A stretch of 64,000 bases of DNA from Candidatus Adlerbacteria bacterium. Its GTDB lineage: Bacteria > Patescibacteriota > Minisyncoccia > Phycocordibacterales > SBAW01. Location of the stretch: NCBI GenBank assembly GCA_027451965.1, contig DAIDHJ010000001.1, forward strand, positions 251,276 to 315,275, in the 5' to 3' direction. The position numbers and the translations under genes are program-made. The notes beneath the pieces were generated by a model. It was not told the DNA's origin and made no database searches. It saw only the letters and a program-made list of their open reading frames with translations. Position 1 is the first letter of the stretch, and each line of letters begins with the position of its first letter. Below, piece by piece: positions 1 through 7,953 of this stretch.

Positions 1-1
1 T

Positions 2-706
2 GCATTTGCGCAAACCACCCCTTCAACCGTATCAACCCATACCAGTGCCCAGATTGCACGGGCGCAAGCACGGGCAAACCAGGAAATTACCCGACGAATC
101 ACGGCGCTCAACAGTCTGTCGAGCAGAATTCAAAGCATGACGCGGGTCAGCGACACGCTCAGGCAGGCACTTGAAGGCAATGTTCAGAACCAAGTGCAAC
201 TGCTCACGACATTGCAATCAAAAATTGCCGCTGATACCGATGTAGCCACCCTAAAGGCGGATGTGCAATCCATCGTGCAATCGTATCGAATTTATATGCT
301 GGTCCTTCCACAAGGAAGGATTTCCGCAGAAGCGGATCGCATCGCGACTATCACTGCCATGATGCAGGGAATTGGTAATAAGCTGCAGGCACGTCTGCAG
401 ACAGCAAGTCAGGGTGGTGCAGATATTTCCGCACCGACATCGCTTCTTACCGATCTAGGTGCAAAAATCGTAGATGCACAAAACCAAGCGCAAGCGGCGA
501 TCAACACCATTGCGCCATTGGCGCCGGATAACGGAAACAAAACAATACTCGCGCAAAACACCACTGCGCTGCAAGAAGCTCGCGCAGATCTCAAGACGGC
601 ACGCACTGATTTAGTTGCGGGTCGGCAAGATATCGCCGGTATACTCAAGTTCCTTGCGAGTGTGCACACCTCTGCGAGTGCATCTTCAACAACAGCACAG
701 CAGTAA
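2..706 (+). CDS. hypothetical alpha-helical protein, 5' end outside window (partial)
   Basis: Frame of ORF 137..706 stays open back to nt 2. The protein is Ala/Gln/Leu-rich and helical with no recognisable motif. Confidence 0.4.
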   Translation, partial: AFAQTTPSTVSTHTSAQIARAQARANQEITRRITALNSLSSRIQSMTRVSDTLRQALEGNVQNQVQLLTTLQSKIAADTDVATLKADVQSIVQSYRIYMLVLPQGRISAEADRIATITAMMQGIGNKLQARLQTASQGGADISAPTSLLTDLGAKIVDAQNQAQAAINTIAPLAPDNGNKTILAQNTTALQEARADLKTARTDLVAGRQDIAGILKFLASVHTSASASSTTAQQ

Positions 707-712
707 TCTGGC

Positions 713-922
713 ATGCAAGAACAGCTTGATCGTATAGAAAAGAAGCTCGCTGATCTGGAAGGGGAAATCGGTGCAGTGTATGCATCTTCCGAAAAAATGC
801 GGAAATATTTCCTGTGGACGCTCATCATAACCGTCGCGGTTATCGTGATCCCCCTGGTTCTGTTGCCACTATTCTTACCGGCTTTTTTCCAGTCACAAGG
901 GGTGGGAATAAGCGGTCTCTAA
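713..922 (+). CDS. small membrane protein (N-terminal coiled coil plus one TM helix)
   Basis: 69-aa ORF with a charged helical N-terminus (QEQLDRIEKKLADLEGEIG) and a strongly hydrophobic C-terminal helix. It follows the upstream gene after 6 nt and has no SD sequence. Confidence 0.3.
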   Translation: MQEQLDRIEKKLADLEGEIGAVYASSEKMRKYFLWTLIITVAVIVIPLVLLPLFLPAFFQSQGVGISGL

Positions 923-1025
923 GAGTTGTAAAATATCTTGAATTTTCTTCATACTGTGGTATGGTACGTCCTAGATTTGGGCCTTCCTCCTCTATTTATT
1001 AGCATATTACAAGGATATTTTACCT

Positions 1026-1877
1026 ATGACAGCAACATTTCTTCGCGCTCTCGGAGCGCTTCTGGGCGGCGTAGCGCTTCTTACTATGCCAGCCTTGGTT
1101 TCAGCACAAACCTGCACGTTCGGCGCCTGTGGTACCGGTACGCTTTTTGTGTACGTACAAGTGCTTAACCAGTACGGCACTCCTACTGCCGCTCCTGGAA
1201 ACTTCACTGTGCAGATCACCGGACAGAATCCTTCTCCGGCGTCATTCCCAGGCTCTCAAAGCGGTACTACTGTCTCGCTCTCTGGAGGAAGCGCCTATAC
1301 CGTGAGTGTTCCACAAACGCTCGGTTATACCCCTTCATATTCGCAAGGTTGCACCGGAACCCTCTATGGCGGTCAGCAGGCAACTTGCGTTATCACTATG
1401 AGCAGCACTCCTGGTTTCTATCCGCCCCAGCCATATCCGTATCCGTACACTCCTTCGGTGCTTTCCTGCGCACCGGCATATCAAAGTGTTCCCGCAGGAC
1501 AAACGGCAACCTTTACCGCGCAAGGAGGCACAGCAACATACAACTGGACTACCGCAAACAATACTTATTTAGGTGTTGGTTCCATCCTTAACACCACCTT
1601 GCAAAATGCAGGCGTGCAAACTGTTACCGTAACGAGCGGTTCGCAGACTGCGACCTGCACCGTCAATGTAACTGCACCGAGCAATGGCCCGATCGTCTAT
1701 CCAGGCATGCCTGGGTTTACTCCGCTTATTACCACCAATTACATTCCAGGCCTTCCGAATACGGGATTTACTCCACTGACGAGCGCCGGCATTGCATTCG
1801 GTGCGGTCGTGCTCATCGGCGGCGGCATCTTCTTCTACCCGTATGTCAGAAAAGCATTCCGCATTGTCACCCGCTAG
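1026..1877 (+). CDS. sortase-substrate surface protein with C-terminal LPNTG sorting signal
   Basis: N-terminal signal peptide (ALLTMPALVSAQT), a Thr/Ser/Gly-rich body with a PYPYPYTP repeat, and a C-terminal LPNTG motif followed by a hydrophobic stretch and a basic tail (RKAFRIVTR). This is a canonical cell-wall sorting signal. Confidence 0.6.
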   Translation: MTATFLRALGALLGGVALLTMPALVSAQTCTFGACGTGTLFVYVQVLNQYGTPTAAPGNFTVQITGQNPSPASFPGSQSGTTVSLSGGSAYTVSVPQTLGYTPSYSQGCTGTLYGGQQATCVITMSSTPGFYPPQPYPYPYTPSVLSCAPAYQSVPAGQTATFTAQGGTATYNWTTANNTYLGVGSILNTTLQNAGVQTVTVTSGSQTATCTVNVTAPSNGPIVYPGMPGFTPLITTNYIPGLPNTGFTPLTSAGIAFGAVVLIGGGIFFYPYVRKAFRIVTR

Positions 1878-2532
1878 CGCATTTTCTAGAGATGCATTTG
1901 CAGAGTATTTCCGTCTTCTGTGCATCACTGTCGGTACGCTGGTTATTTTGACCGGAGCGGCAAGTGCCGTTTCGCTCTTTGCCCGTGCAGCACTTGGATC
2001 TGATGCACTCTTTCTTGCGTTTGCTCCTGTTGCTGCAGTGCCGGCTGCTCCTGTTATCACACCGCTCACCGGTACCACTACTCCCATTGTTCCGGCTACA
2101 CTTGTCATTCCGGCAATCGGCGTACATGCAAACGTGGAACAGGTGGGTACTAATGCAAAAGGGAATCTGGGTACGCCGCATACGTTCGGTGATGTTGCCT
2201 GGTACCTGCTCGGTCCCAAGCCGGGCGATCCGGGTAATGCAATTATTGATGGCCATGTAAATAACGCGCTTACCACCGCCGGGGTATTTGAACATCTCGC
2301 CGATCTCAAAGCGGGAGATACGATACAGGTCTCTGATAGCACTGGTCATACGCTTACCTATGCCGTTACCCGTGTAGAAGACTATAGTGAGACCAACGCA
2401 CCGCTTCAAACCATCTTTTCTAACTCTGGTCCTTCGCAGCTCATACTTATTACCTGTGACGGACAGTGGCTTAACAGTGCGCACTCGTTCAACGAACGGC
2501 TTGTGGTATACGCATCCCTGGTTCGTTCGTAA
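1843..2532 (+). CDS. sortase (class A/E-like transpeptidase)
   Basis: N-terminal TM anchor. Catalytic His in IDGHVN, Cys in the LILITCDG (TLxTC-like) motif, and the downstream Arg (ERLVV). Start uncertain: the ORF is open from 1792 and overlaps the stop of the LPNTG gene. ATG at 1843 chosen; no in-frame ATG exists after 1877. Confidence 0.6.
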   Translation: MSEKHSALSPASAFSRDAFAEYFRLLCITVGTLVILTGAASAVSLFARAALGSDALFLAFAPVAAVPAAPVITPLTGTTTPIVPATLVIPAIGVHANVEQVGTNAKGNLGTPHTFGDVAWYLLGPKPGDPGNAIIDGHVNNALTTAGVFEHLADLKAGDTIQVSDSTGHTLTYAVTRVEDYSETNAPLQTIFSNSGPSQLILITCDGQWLNSAHSFNERLVVYASLVRS

Positions 2533-2653
2533 GTTGCATAATTCCGCTTGGATGATACCATCAGAACGTTCGGGTAAGTTCTCCAGTGTGCCTGTGTAAG
2601 GCTTGGGAGGGTCGCCTTACTCTAACGAGATACCAGTTTGTTTTCTCGCATTT

Positions 2654-2905
2654 ATGGCACAAAAGTTGTTCGTGGGTGGTCTTCCGTACCGCACCACGGG
2701 GGATGAGCTTCGTGATGCATTCGCTCAGGCGGGTGAAGTCGCGTCGGCATCCATTGTGACTGATCGCGAGACCGGTCGCTCACGAGGTTTCGGCTTCGTT
2801 GAGATGGCAGATGCAGCCGGAGCTCAGAATGCTATTTCCATGTGGAATGGCAAGGAGTTCGGCGGTCGCACGCTCACGGTCTCTGAAGCACGTCCAAAGG
2901 CATAA
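2654..2905 (+). CDS. RRM-type RNA-binding protein
   Basis: KLFVGGLPY (RNP2) and RGFGFVEM (RNP1) motifs. About 84 aa from the ATG at 2654, typical of bacterial Rbp-type proteins. Confidence 0.75.
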   Translation: MAQKLFVGGLPYRTTGDELRDAFAQAGEVASASIVTDRETGRSRGFGFVEMADAAGAQNAISMWNGKEFGGRTLTVSEARPKA

Positions 2906-2921
2906 GGCTTTGGATCACAGC

Positions 2922-2960
2922 AAAACACTCCTCCAGGAATTCCTGGAGGAGTGTTTTGTA
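2922..2960 (+). terminator. intrinsic terminator
   Basis: Perfect 16-bp stem aaaacactcctccagg / cctggaggagtgtttt with an aatt loop, then a ttttgtatt run, immediately after the RRM gene stop. Confidence 0.6.
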
Positions 2961-2978
2961 TTAGGGTACGATGACACT

Positions 2979-3803
2979 ATGTCGCTCGAACGTCTCGTTG
3001 ATACGGTATGGAACTACTACATCAAAGAAGGACGTTCGCACCTTCTTTGGCGTCGTACGCACGATCCATATCGGATTCTGGTATCTGAGTTCATGCTGCA
3101 GCAAACCCAAGTGTCCCGTGTGGAGGAAAAGTATCGACAGTTTCTCAAGCGTTTCCCGACGGTGCGTACGCTTGCATCCGCATCGCTTGCTGAGGTGTTG
3201 GGCATGTGGCAGGGCCTTGGGTACAATCGACGGGCAAAATTTTTGCACCAGACTGCCAAACTCGTAGTAAAAGCATATAACGGAACAATTCCAAACGATC
3301 CGGAAACAATTGAAACCCTTCCAGGAATTGGACCGTATACTGCTCGAGCGATTGCCATTTTTGCGTTTAATCGGCCGGAAGTATGCATTGAAACGAATAT
3401 CCGTACGGTATTCACGCATTTTTGTTTTCCACGTGCCATGAATATTTCTGACACTATGTTGTTGCCTCGTATTGAAAAGGCGCTTCAGATTGCGCTAGAA
3501 AAAGGGTATGCTCCACGGGCATGGTACGGCGCGCTTATGGATTACGGCGTGTATCTGAAAGGAAACGGTGTACGCATCAACCACAAAAGCGCTCATTACA
3601 AAAAACAATCTGCTTTTAAAGGATCAGGCCGAGAACTGCGCGGAGCTATCCTGCGCGAATTATTGCGTGCTCCGGCGACTACACCCTCGCTCGCGAAAAT
3701 ACTCATGCGCACTACATCAGAAGTGCAAGCGCAGCTTGTAGCATTGCAGAGAGAAGGAATGGTGGAAAGCAGAGGGAGGCGATTTTTAGTGGTGAGTGCT
3801 TAA
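2979..3803 (+). CDS. HhH-GPD superfamily DNA glycosylase (EndoIII/MutY-like) lacking the 4Fe-4S cysteine cluster
   Basis: Contains ILVSEFMLQQTQV, the helix-hairpin-helix LPGIGPYTARAIAIFAF and a GPD-loop-like IETNIRTVF. There is no C-x6-C-x2-C-x5-C cluster. The C-terminal roughly 90 aa is basic and helical. Start set at the ATG at 2979, after the upstream terminator; the ORF-track start at 2799 overlaps the previous gene. Confidence 0.6.
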   Translation: MSLERLVDTVWNYYIKEGRSHLLWRRTHDPYRILVSEFMLQQTQVSRVEEKYRQFLKRFPTVRTLASASLAEVLGMWQGLGYNRRAKFLHQTAKLVVKAYNGTIPNDPETIETLPGIGPYTARAIAIFAFNRPEVCIETNIRTVFTHFCFPRAMNISDTMLLPRIEKALQIALEKGYAPRAWYGALMDYGVYLKGNGVRINHKSAHYKKQSAFKGSGRELRGAILRELLRAPATTPSLAKILMRTTSEVQAQLVALQREGMVESRGRRFLVVSA

Positions 3804-3870
3804 TCCTGGACAAAACTCTAGGTAAGTTGGATAATGAAGCTAGAGTGAACCTCTAGAAAGGAAAAGGTCC

Positions 3871-4011
3871 ATGGCAGGATTAATGGTGTTTAAAAATCTT
3901 GTTGAGGCGCTTCGTGCTGGTTATCAGGTATACGATCGTACTCCGAACGGATACCTTGTTCGTACACGCACCAGTGCAGGATGGGCAATAGCACTTGTCG
4001 AATGCAAGTAA
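3871..4011 (+). CDS. small hypothetical protein (46 aa)
   Basis: ATG preceded by a gaaaagg purine tract. MAGLMVFKNLVEALRAGYQVYDRTPNGYLVRTRTSAGWAIALVECK. Followed by a strong hairpin. It is below the ORF-track length cutoff. Confidence 0.25.
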   Translation: MAGLMVFKNLVEALRAGYQVYDRTPNGYLVRTRTSAGWAIALVECK

Positions 4012-4025
4012 TCTTTTTCAGTACC

Positions 4026-4070
4026 AGACCTCTTGAAACAATCTACCAAAATAGGTGTTTCAAGAGGTCT
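4026..4070. terminator. bidirectional hairpin terminator between convergent genes
   Basis: 15-bp stem agacctcttgaaaca / tgtttcaagaggtct with a 15-nt loop, flanked by T-rich sequence on both sides. It lies between the small + ORF and the minus-strand HAD gene. Confidence 0.45.
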
Positions 4071-4683
4071 TTGTTGTATTTGTTATCTGTTTTTGAATAG
4101 CAGTAACTACTTCATCCCATGCGCGTACTCGTGTTATATGTTTGTTACTAATGAGCGTTTGATTCCATGGAGCATTAAAGAGTAATACAGGAATACCACG
4201 CTCAGCGATAAGACGAGTATGATTTAATGAATCATCTATAAAGAGATTGATACCGAGCATGTTGCATATCTCTGCCTTAGAACGCTTTGAAACAGGATGT
4301 GGTGAATGGTGGTTGGTAAAATGAATTGAAGTAAAGGTATGCGGAAAGTGTTCTGTTAGCCATTGTTCAGTACGCTCTCGCATATGTTCTGAACGTGCTG
4401 TAATGATATGCAGCTCATGGTCTTTTTTAAGCTGCGCAACTCCCATTTGCGCCCCGGAAAGGGGAGCGGCACGCATGTGTTCAGGGGAGTAATAGAACGC
4501 ATCGACACGCTCCAGTATTTCTTCACGGCTGCAGCCGCATACCTCCTCCATGGTCATAGTGAAAAAATCCTGTTTTGAGAGAGTGCTTCCGTAGGTCGCA
4601 TTGTGATACAGGCAAAATGCGGTTACAAAATCCATAAGCACATCATCAAAATCAACTCCGATCAGCATAACCCTACTATACAA
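4060..4683 (-). CDS. HAD-superfamily hydrolase, 5'(3')-deoxyribonucleotidase-like
   Basis: N-terminal MLIGVDFDDVLMDF matches the HAD motif I (DxDxV) of NT5C/YorS-type nucleotidases. A later IDDS motif fits motif IV. Confidence 0.55.
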   Translation of the reverse strand: MYSRVMLIGVDFDDVLMDFVTAFCLYHNATYGSTLSKQDFFTMTMEEVCGCSREEILERVDAFYYSPEHMRAAPLSGAQMGVAQLKKDHELHIITARSEHMRERTEQWLTEHFPHTFTSIHFTNHHSPHPVSKRSKAEICNMLGINLFIDDSLNHTRLIAERGIPVLLFNAPWNQTLISNKHITRVRAWDEVVTAIQKQITNTTKTS

Positions 4684-4713
4684 AAGAAAACCGCCTCGAG
4701 CAGTCGAGGCGGT
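4681..4713 (-). terminator. intrinsic terminator (minus strand)
   Basis: Stem ccgcctcga / tcgaggcgg with a gcag loop. On the minus strand it is followed by ttttcttttg. It lies just past the stop of the 4718..5242 gene. Confidence 0.5.
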
Positions 4714-4717
4714 ACAT

Positions 4718-5242
4718 TTATGTTTCTATAAAGCATTTGTGCAGAAAAGGACAGTGTTCGCTCTTGGGATCAGGAGGATTAAAACAGATTTGTACCCGCA
4801 ATTCTCTTTTTTCCTCGCTTGTCACCTTAATAAAGGCGCATTCATCCGTTACTGCGAAGTGTTCAAGGGTAAGGTGTGCTGGTGGTTCCAATAGCTCAAC
4901 GTTTTTTACCCTGCCGATGCGAGGAATAAATTGGAGTTCGGCTAGGAAGCATCCTGCACCAGGTAAAGCGGAACTGACAGTCAGACGTACATCAAACTCA
5001 AGCGGCCCAGCTGCTTTATCGGGGATAATCCTGCAAGGGATCTCAACGAGCAATACGCGGATTGCGAACGTTTGCGGGTAACCCTCTTCATGTTCAGGAT
5101 CTACAGACCAGTGCTTGAGTAGTTTATCGAGCATTCCAACACGGTTGTATGTCAGTTCGATGTTGGCAAAATCTTCTTCTCCTAGAACTTGCTTAGCAGC
5201 TCTAGAATCAGGCAATCTCACCGTGCTCCCACCGAATTTCAT
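4718..5242 (-). CDS. hypothetical protein with C-terminal CPFLHKC motif
   Basis: 174-aa ORF with its own terminator. No family recognised. Cysteines are clustered near the C-terminus (ECAF, ICF, CPFLHKCF). Confidence 0.45.
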   Translation of the reverse strand: MKFGGSTVRLPDSRAAKQVLGEEDFANIELTYNRVGMLDKLLKHWSVDPEHEEGYPQTFAIRVLLVEIPCRIIPDKAAGPLEFDVRLTVSSALPGAGCFLAELQFIPRIGRVKNVELLEPPAHLTLEHFAVTDECAFIKVTSEEKRELRVQICFNPPDPKSEHCPFLHKCFIET

Positions 5243-5385
5243 GAGTTCCCATTTCTCCTTAGGTAGATTCCAAAGTAACGATCCAAAAATAATCTAGCAT
5301 AAATTATATTTTATGTCAATGTTTTCCTGATGAAGGAATAGCAATTTGCAGGTGTATCATAAAAGGGGTGATTATTGATTAATCT

Positions 5386-5793
5386 TTGTATATGGCATTA
5401 ACATATTTTCTTGCTCAAGTTATCGGATACTATTTCATTGCTGTGGCGTTGGTGCTTTTGTTCCGTAAGGATATGTTTATCGGCGCGGTTCAAGAAGTGT
5501 ATAAGAGCCGATCCTTTACGCTTGTTGGGGGATTAACCGCTCTGCTCTTGGGATTACTGATGGTGCTCTCTCACAATTATTGGAACGCTGGACATTTGGC
5601 CTTGGTCGTCACTGTTATAGGATGGCTCGCACTCATTAAAGGACTCGTGTTGTTATTTGCTCCCCAAGCACTGTCGAGAGCGGTGCATATGTGGCGTATC
5701 GCACAGCTTTCATATTTGTATGTGATTATCTTTCTCATTATCGGTATATATCTGGTGCATGGCGGTACGACTCATTTGGGTATTCTGGGATAA
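5386..5793 (+). CDS. integral membrane protein (4 predicted TM helices)
   Basis: Four hydrophobic segments. Followed by a strong terminator. Confidence 0.5.
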   Translation: MYMALTYFLAQVIGYYFIAVALVLLFRKDMFIGAVQEVYKSRSFTLVGGLTALLLGLLMVLSHNYWNAGHLALVVTVIGWLALIKGLVLLFAPQALSRAVHMWRIAQLSYLYVIIFLIIGIYLVHGGTTHLGILG

Positions 5794-5826
5794 GGATACT
5801 AAATTGCTTTACTGAAAAAGAAAAAA

Positions 5827-5850
5827 GCCACCCGAGGGGTGGCTTTTGCA
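5827..5850. terminator. bidirectional intrinsic terminator
   Basis: Stem agccaccc / gggtggct with a gag loop. An A-tract lies upstream (aaaaagaaaaaa) and tttt downstream, so it can terminate both the + membrane gene and the convergent minus-strand rnj. Confidence 0.55.
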
Positions 5851-6027
5851 TGAGCTGGAGGTGTTCTCCAGAAAAGATTTCCCGGAACCTTTTTGTGGCC
5901 GTCCGGTATGAAACCGAATCCGAAGAGGAACACCTCCAGCTGCTTGCTTTCTACCAGGTGATGGTCTCATCGACCAAAATCCCATGGCAGTGCAAGAGAT
6001 AATAACGGATAAGCCCTGCTTGTCAAT

Positions 6028-7923
6028 TTAGAGACCAAGAATGACAGGAATGACAATCGGACGCTTGTTGGTCTTTTCGAATAGAAAACGTGCCACTGCG
6101 TCGGTTACATTGTTTTTCACATAATCAAAATTTACCGGTCGCATGCCCTTGGTGGTATCTTCAATGGTTTTCTTGATGATGATGCGTGTCTGCTGGAGTA
6201 GCTCTTGTGATTCTCTGAGATAGATAAAACCTCGGGAAATAATATCGGGACTCTTGCGCAGTCGTCCTGTCTGCGGATTTACGGTAGCAATAATGACGAA
6301 CATGCCTTCTTGGGCGAGTACGGTTCGGTCGCGAATTACTGCTTCCTGAATATCTCCAATCGAGAATCCATCCACCAAACGCAATCCAGAAGGAGCGCGT
6401 TCACCACGCCGGCTTATTTTTGTTCCTTCATCAGTGATTTCGATGATTGCTCCGTTGTCTGGAACGATAATTTCATCTTCTGCGCGGCCGCACGCTTTAG
6501 CGATATCGGCATGCACCCGCAGCATGTAGTGATATCCGTGCATAGGCATGAAGAACCGCGGATTAATCTTTTGGTGTATCCAGAACGTCTCATCCCGGTT
6601 GGCATGGCCCGAGGAGTGTACATCCATGGTGTCGCGGTGAATGATACGCGCTCCTTGGCGACTCAGATTGTCTTTGAGTTTCTGCACTGCGCGTTCGTTC
6701 CCAGGCACAATGGAAGAGGAGAGTACCACAGTGTCATTCTTATGAATCTTGATGTATTTATGCGTTTTGACGGCAATGCGCATAAGAGCAGCGAATTCGT
6801 CTCCCTGTGCGCCGGTTGCCAGGATCACAATCTGTCGATCGGGAAGAGAGTCGAGCTGTTCCGGAGAGATGAACGTTTTTTCATTGACCTTGAGCATGCC
6901 GAGCTGTTTAACGATCTCGATGTTTATTTTCATGCTCCGTCCTTCCACGAGAATCTTTTTTCCGTGGCGTTCGCAGCTCTCAATAATTTTCATGATGCGC
7001 TCGAGCTGTGAAGAGAATGTGCCGATGATAAGTCTGCCGGTTGCGGAGGCGATGATCTCGTCCATATTTTTTTCGACGAGCCGCTCTGGAAGAGAAAAAC
7101 CAGGTTTTTCAACGTTCGTTGAATCAGCACCCAGAAAAAGCACTTTTTTATCTTTGAAATAGCCAAATTCTTTCTCTTCTTTTTCAGTAGGAATACCATT
7201 AACATGATCAAGTTTGAGGTCTCCGGTGAATACCACTAATCCGTAGGGTGTTTCGATGACTATGCCCATAGAGTCAGGAATCGTGTGTGTTACGGAAAAG
7301 AAGCTTACACGCAAGTCTCCGGCGCGTACCGTCTCCTCTTTCTCTACTTCATGGATGGTTAGTTGCTTCAGGTGTGGAAATTCGTCCTGTCGTTTGCGAA
7401 TCATCACCGCGGTGAGCCGACGGGTGTAGATAGGCGGGTATCCGATACGGTCAATGACGTAAGGAATGCCGCCGATATGGTCGAGGTGACCGTGGGTGAT
7501 ACAGACCGCACGAATTTTTTCTTTACGGTCTTCAAGATATTTGGTGTTGGGGAGAATGTAATCAATGCCGGGCGTTGAATCATCTTGGAACTGAAAACCG
7601 CAATCGATAATCACAATGTCATTGCCGAATTCGACGGCAGTCATGTTTCTGCCAATCTCTTCAACGCCACCAAGAGGAATGATGCGGACTATACCCGGTT
7701 CAATCGGCGGAATCGGTTTTTCTTCTCCGTTACCATTTGCTTCTGCCGGGCGTTCATTGAGTTCTCGAGGCGGATGCGGCTGATGCGGTTTTGGTCCGTG
7801 TCGGCGCAATGGGGAACGTTTTGCTCGAAATGGTTTTTCTCCCGGTCGCTGTTTGCCATGATACGGTCGGGTATGTCCGCCAAAACGGCGGCGCGGTCCG
7901 GAAGCTGGTTTTTTCTGATCCAT
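6028..7923 (-). CDS. rnj: ribonuclease J (MBL/beta-CASP RNase)
   Basis: HGHLDHIGG metallo-beta-lactamase motif, the IIPLGG...EIGRNM N-terminal core, and beta-CASP/C-terminal domain conservation. Carries a roughly 75-aa Arg/Pro-rich N-terminal extension before the core. Confidence 0.85.
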   Translation of the reverse strand: MDQKKPASGPRRRFGGHTRPYHGKQRPGEKPFRAKRSPLRRHGPKPHQPHPPRELNERPAEANGNGEEKPIPPIEPGIVRIIPLGGVEEIGRNMTAVEFGNDIVIIDCGFQFQDDSTPGIDYILPNTKYLEDRKEKIRAVCITHGHLDHIGGIPYVIDRIGYPPIYTRRLTAVMIRKRQDEFPHLKQLTIHEVEKEETVRAGDLRVSFFSVTHTIPDSMGIVIETPYGLVVFTGDLKLDHVNGIPTEKEEKEFGYFKDKKVLFLGADSTNVEKPGFSLPERLVEKNMDEIIASATGRLIIGTFSSQLERIMKIIESCERHGKKILVEGRSMKINIEIVKQLGMLKVNEKTFISPEQLDSLPDRQIVILATGAQGDEFAALMRIAVKTHKYIKIHKNDTVVLSSSIVPGNERAVQKLKDNLSRQGARIIHRDTMDVHSSGHANRDETFWIHQKINPRFFMPMHGYHYMLRVHADIAKACGRAEDEIIVPDNGAIIEITDEGTKISRRGERAPSGLRLVDGFSIGDIQEAVIRDRTVLAQEGMFVIIATVNPQTGRLRKSPDIISRGFIYLRESQELLQQTRIIIKKTIEDTTKGMRPVNFDYVKNNVTDAVARFLFEKTNKRPIVIPVILGL

Positions 7924-7953
7924 AAAAACTGAAAAATTAGTATGTATTAGCGA

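Noticed and set aside
1569-2484. Minus-strand ORFs (257 aa, 205 aa) and + ORF 1964..2260 over the sortase locus
   Set aside because: Antisense or alternate-frame shadows of the well-supported sortase and LPNTG genes. Composition is Arg/Cys-rich.
5851-5941. 14-bp inverted repeat with about 58-nt loop (agctggaggtgttc ... gaacacctccagct) after the bidirectional terminator
   Set aside because: No T-run and a very large loop, so it is unlikely to be a terminator. Nothing else supports a riboswitch or mobile-element end. It is recorded only as a possible structured 3' UTR element.
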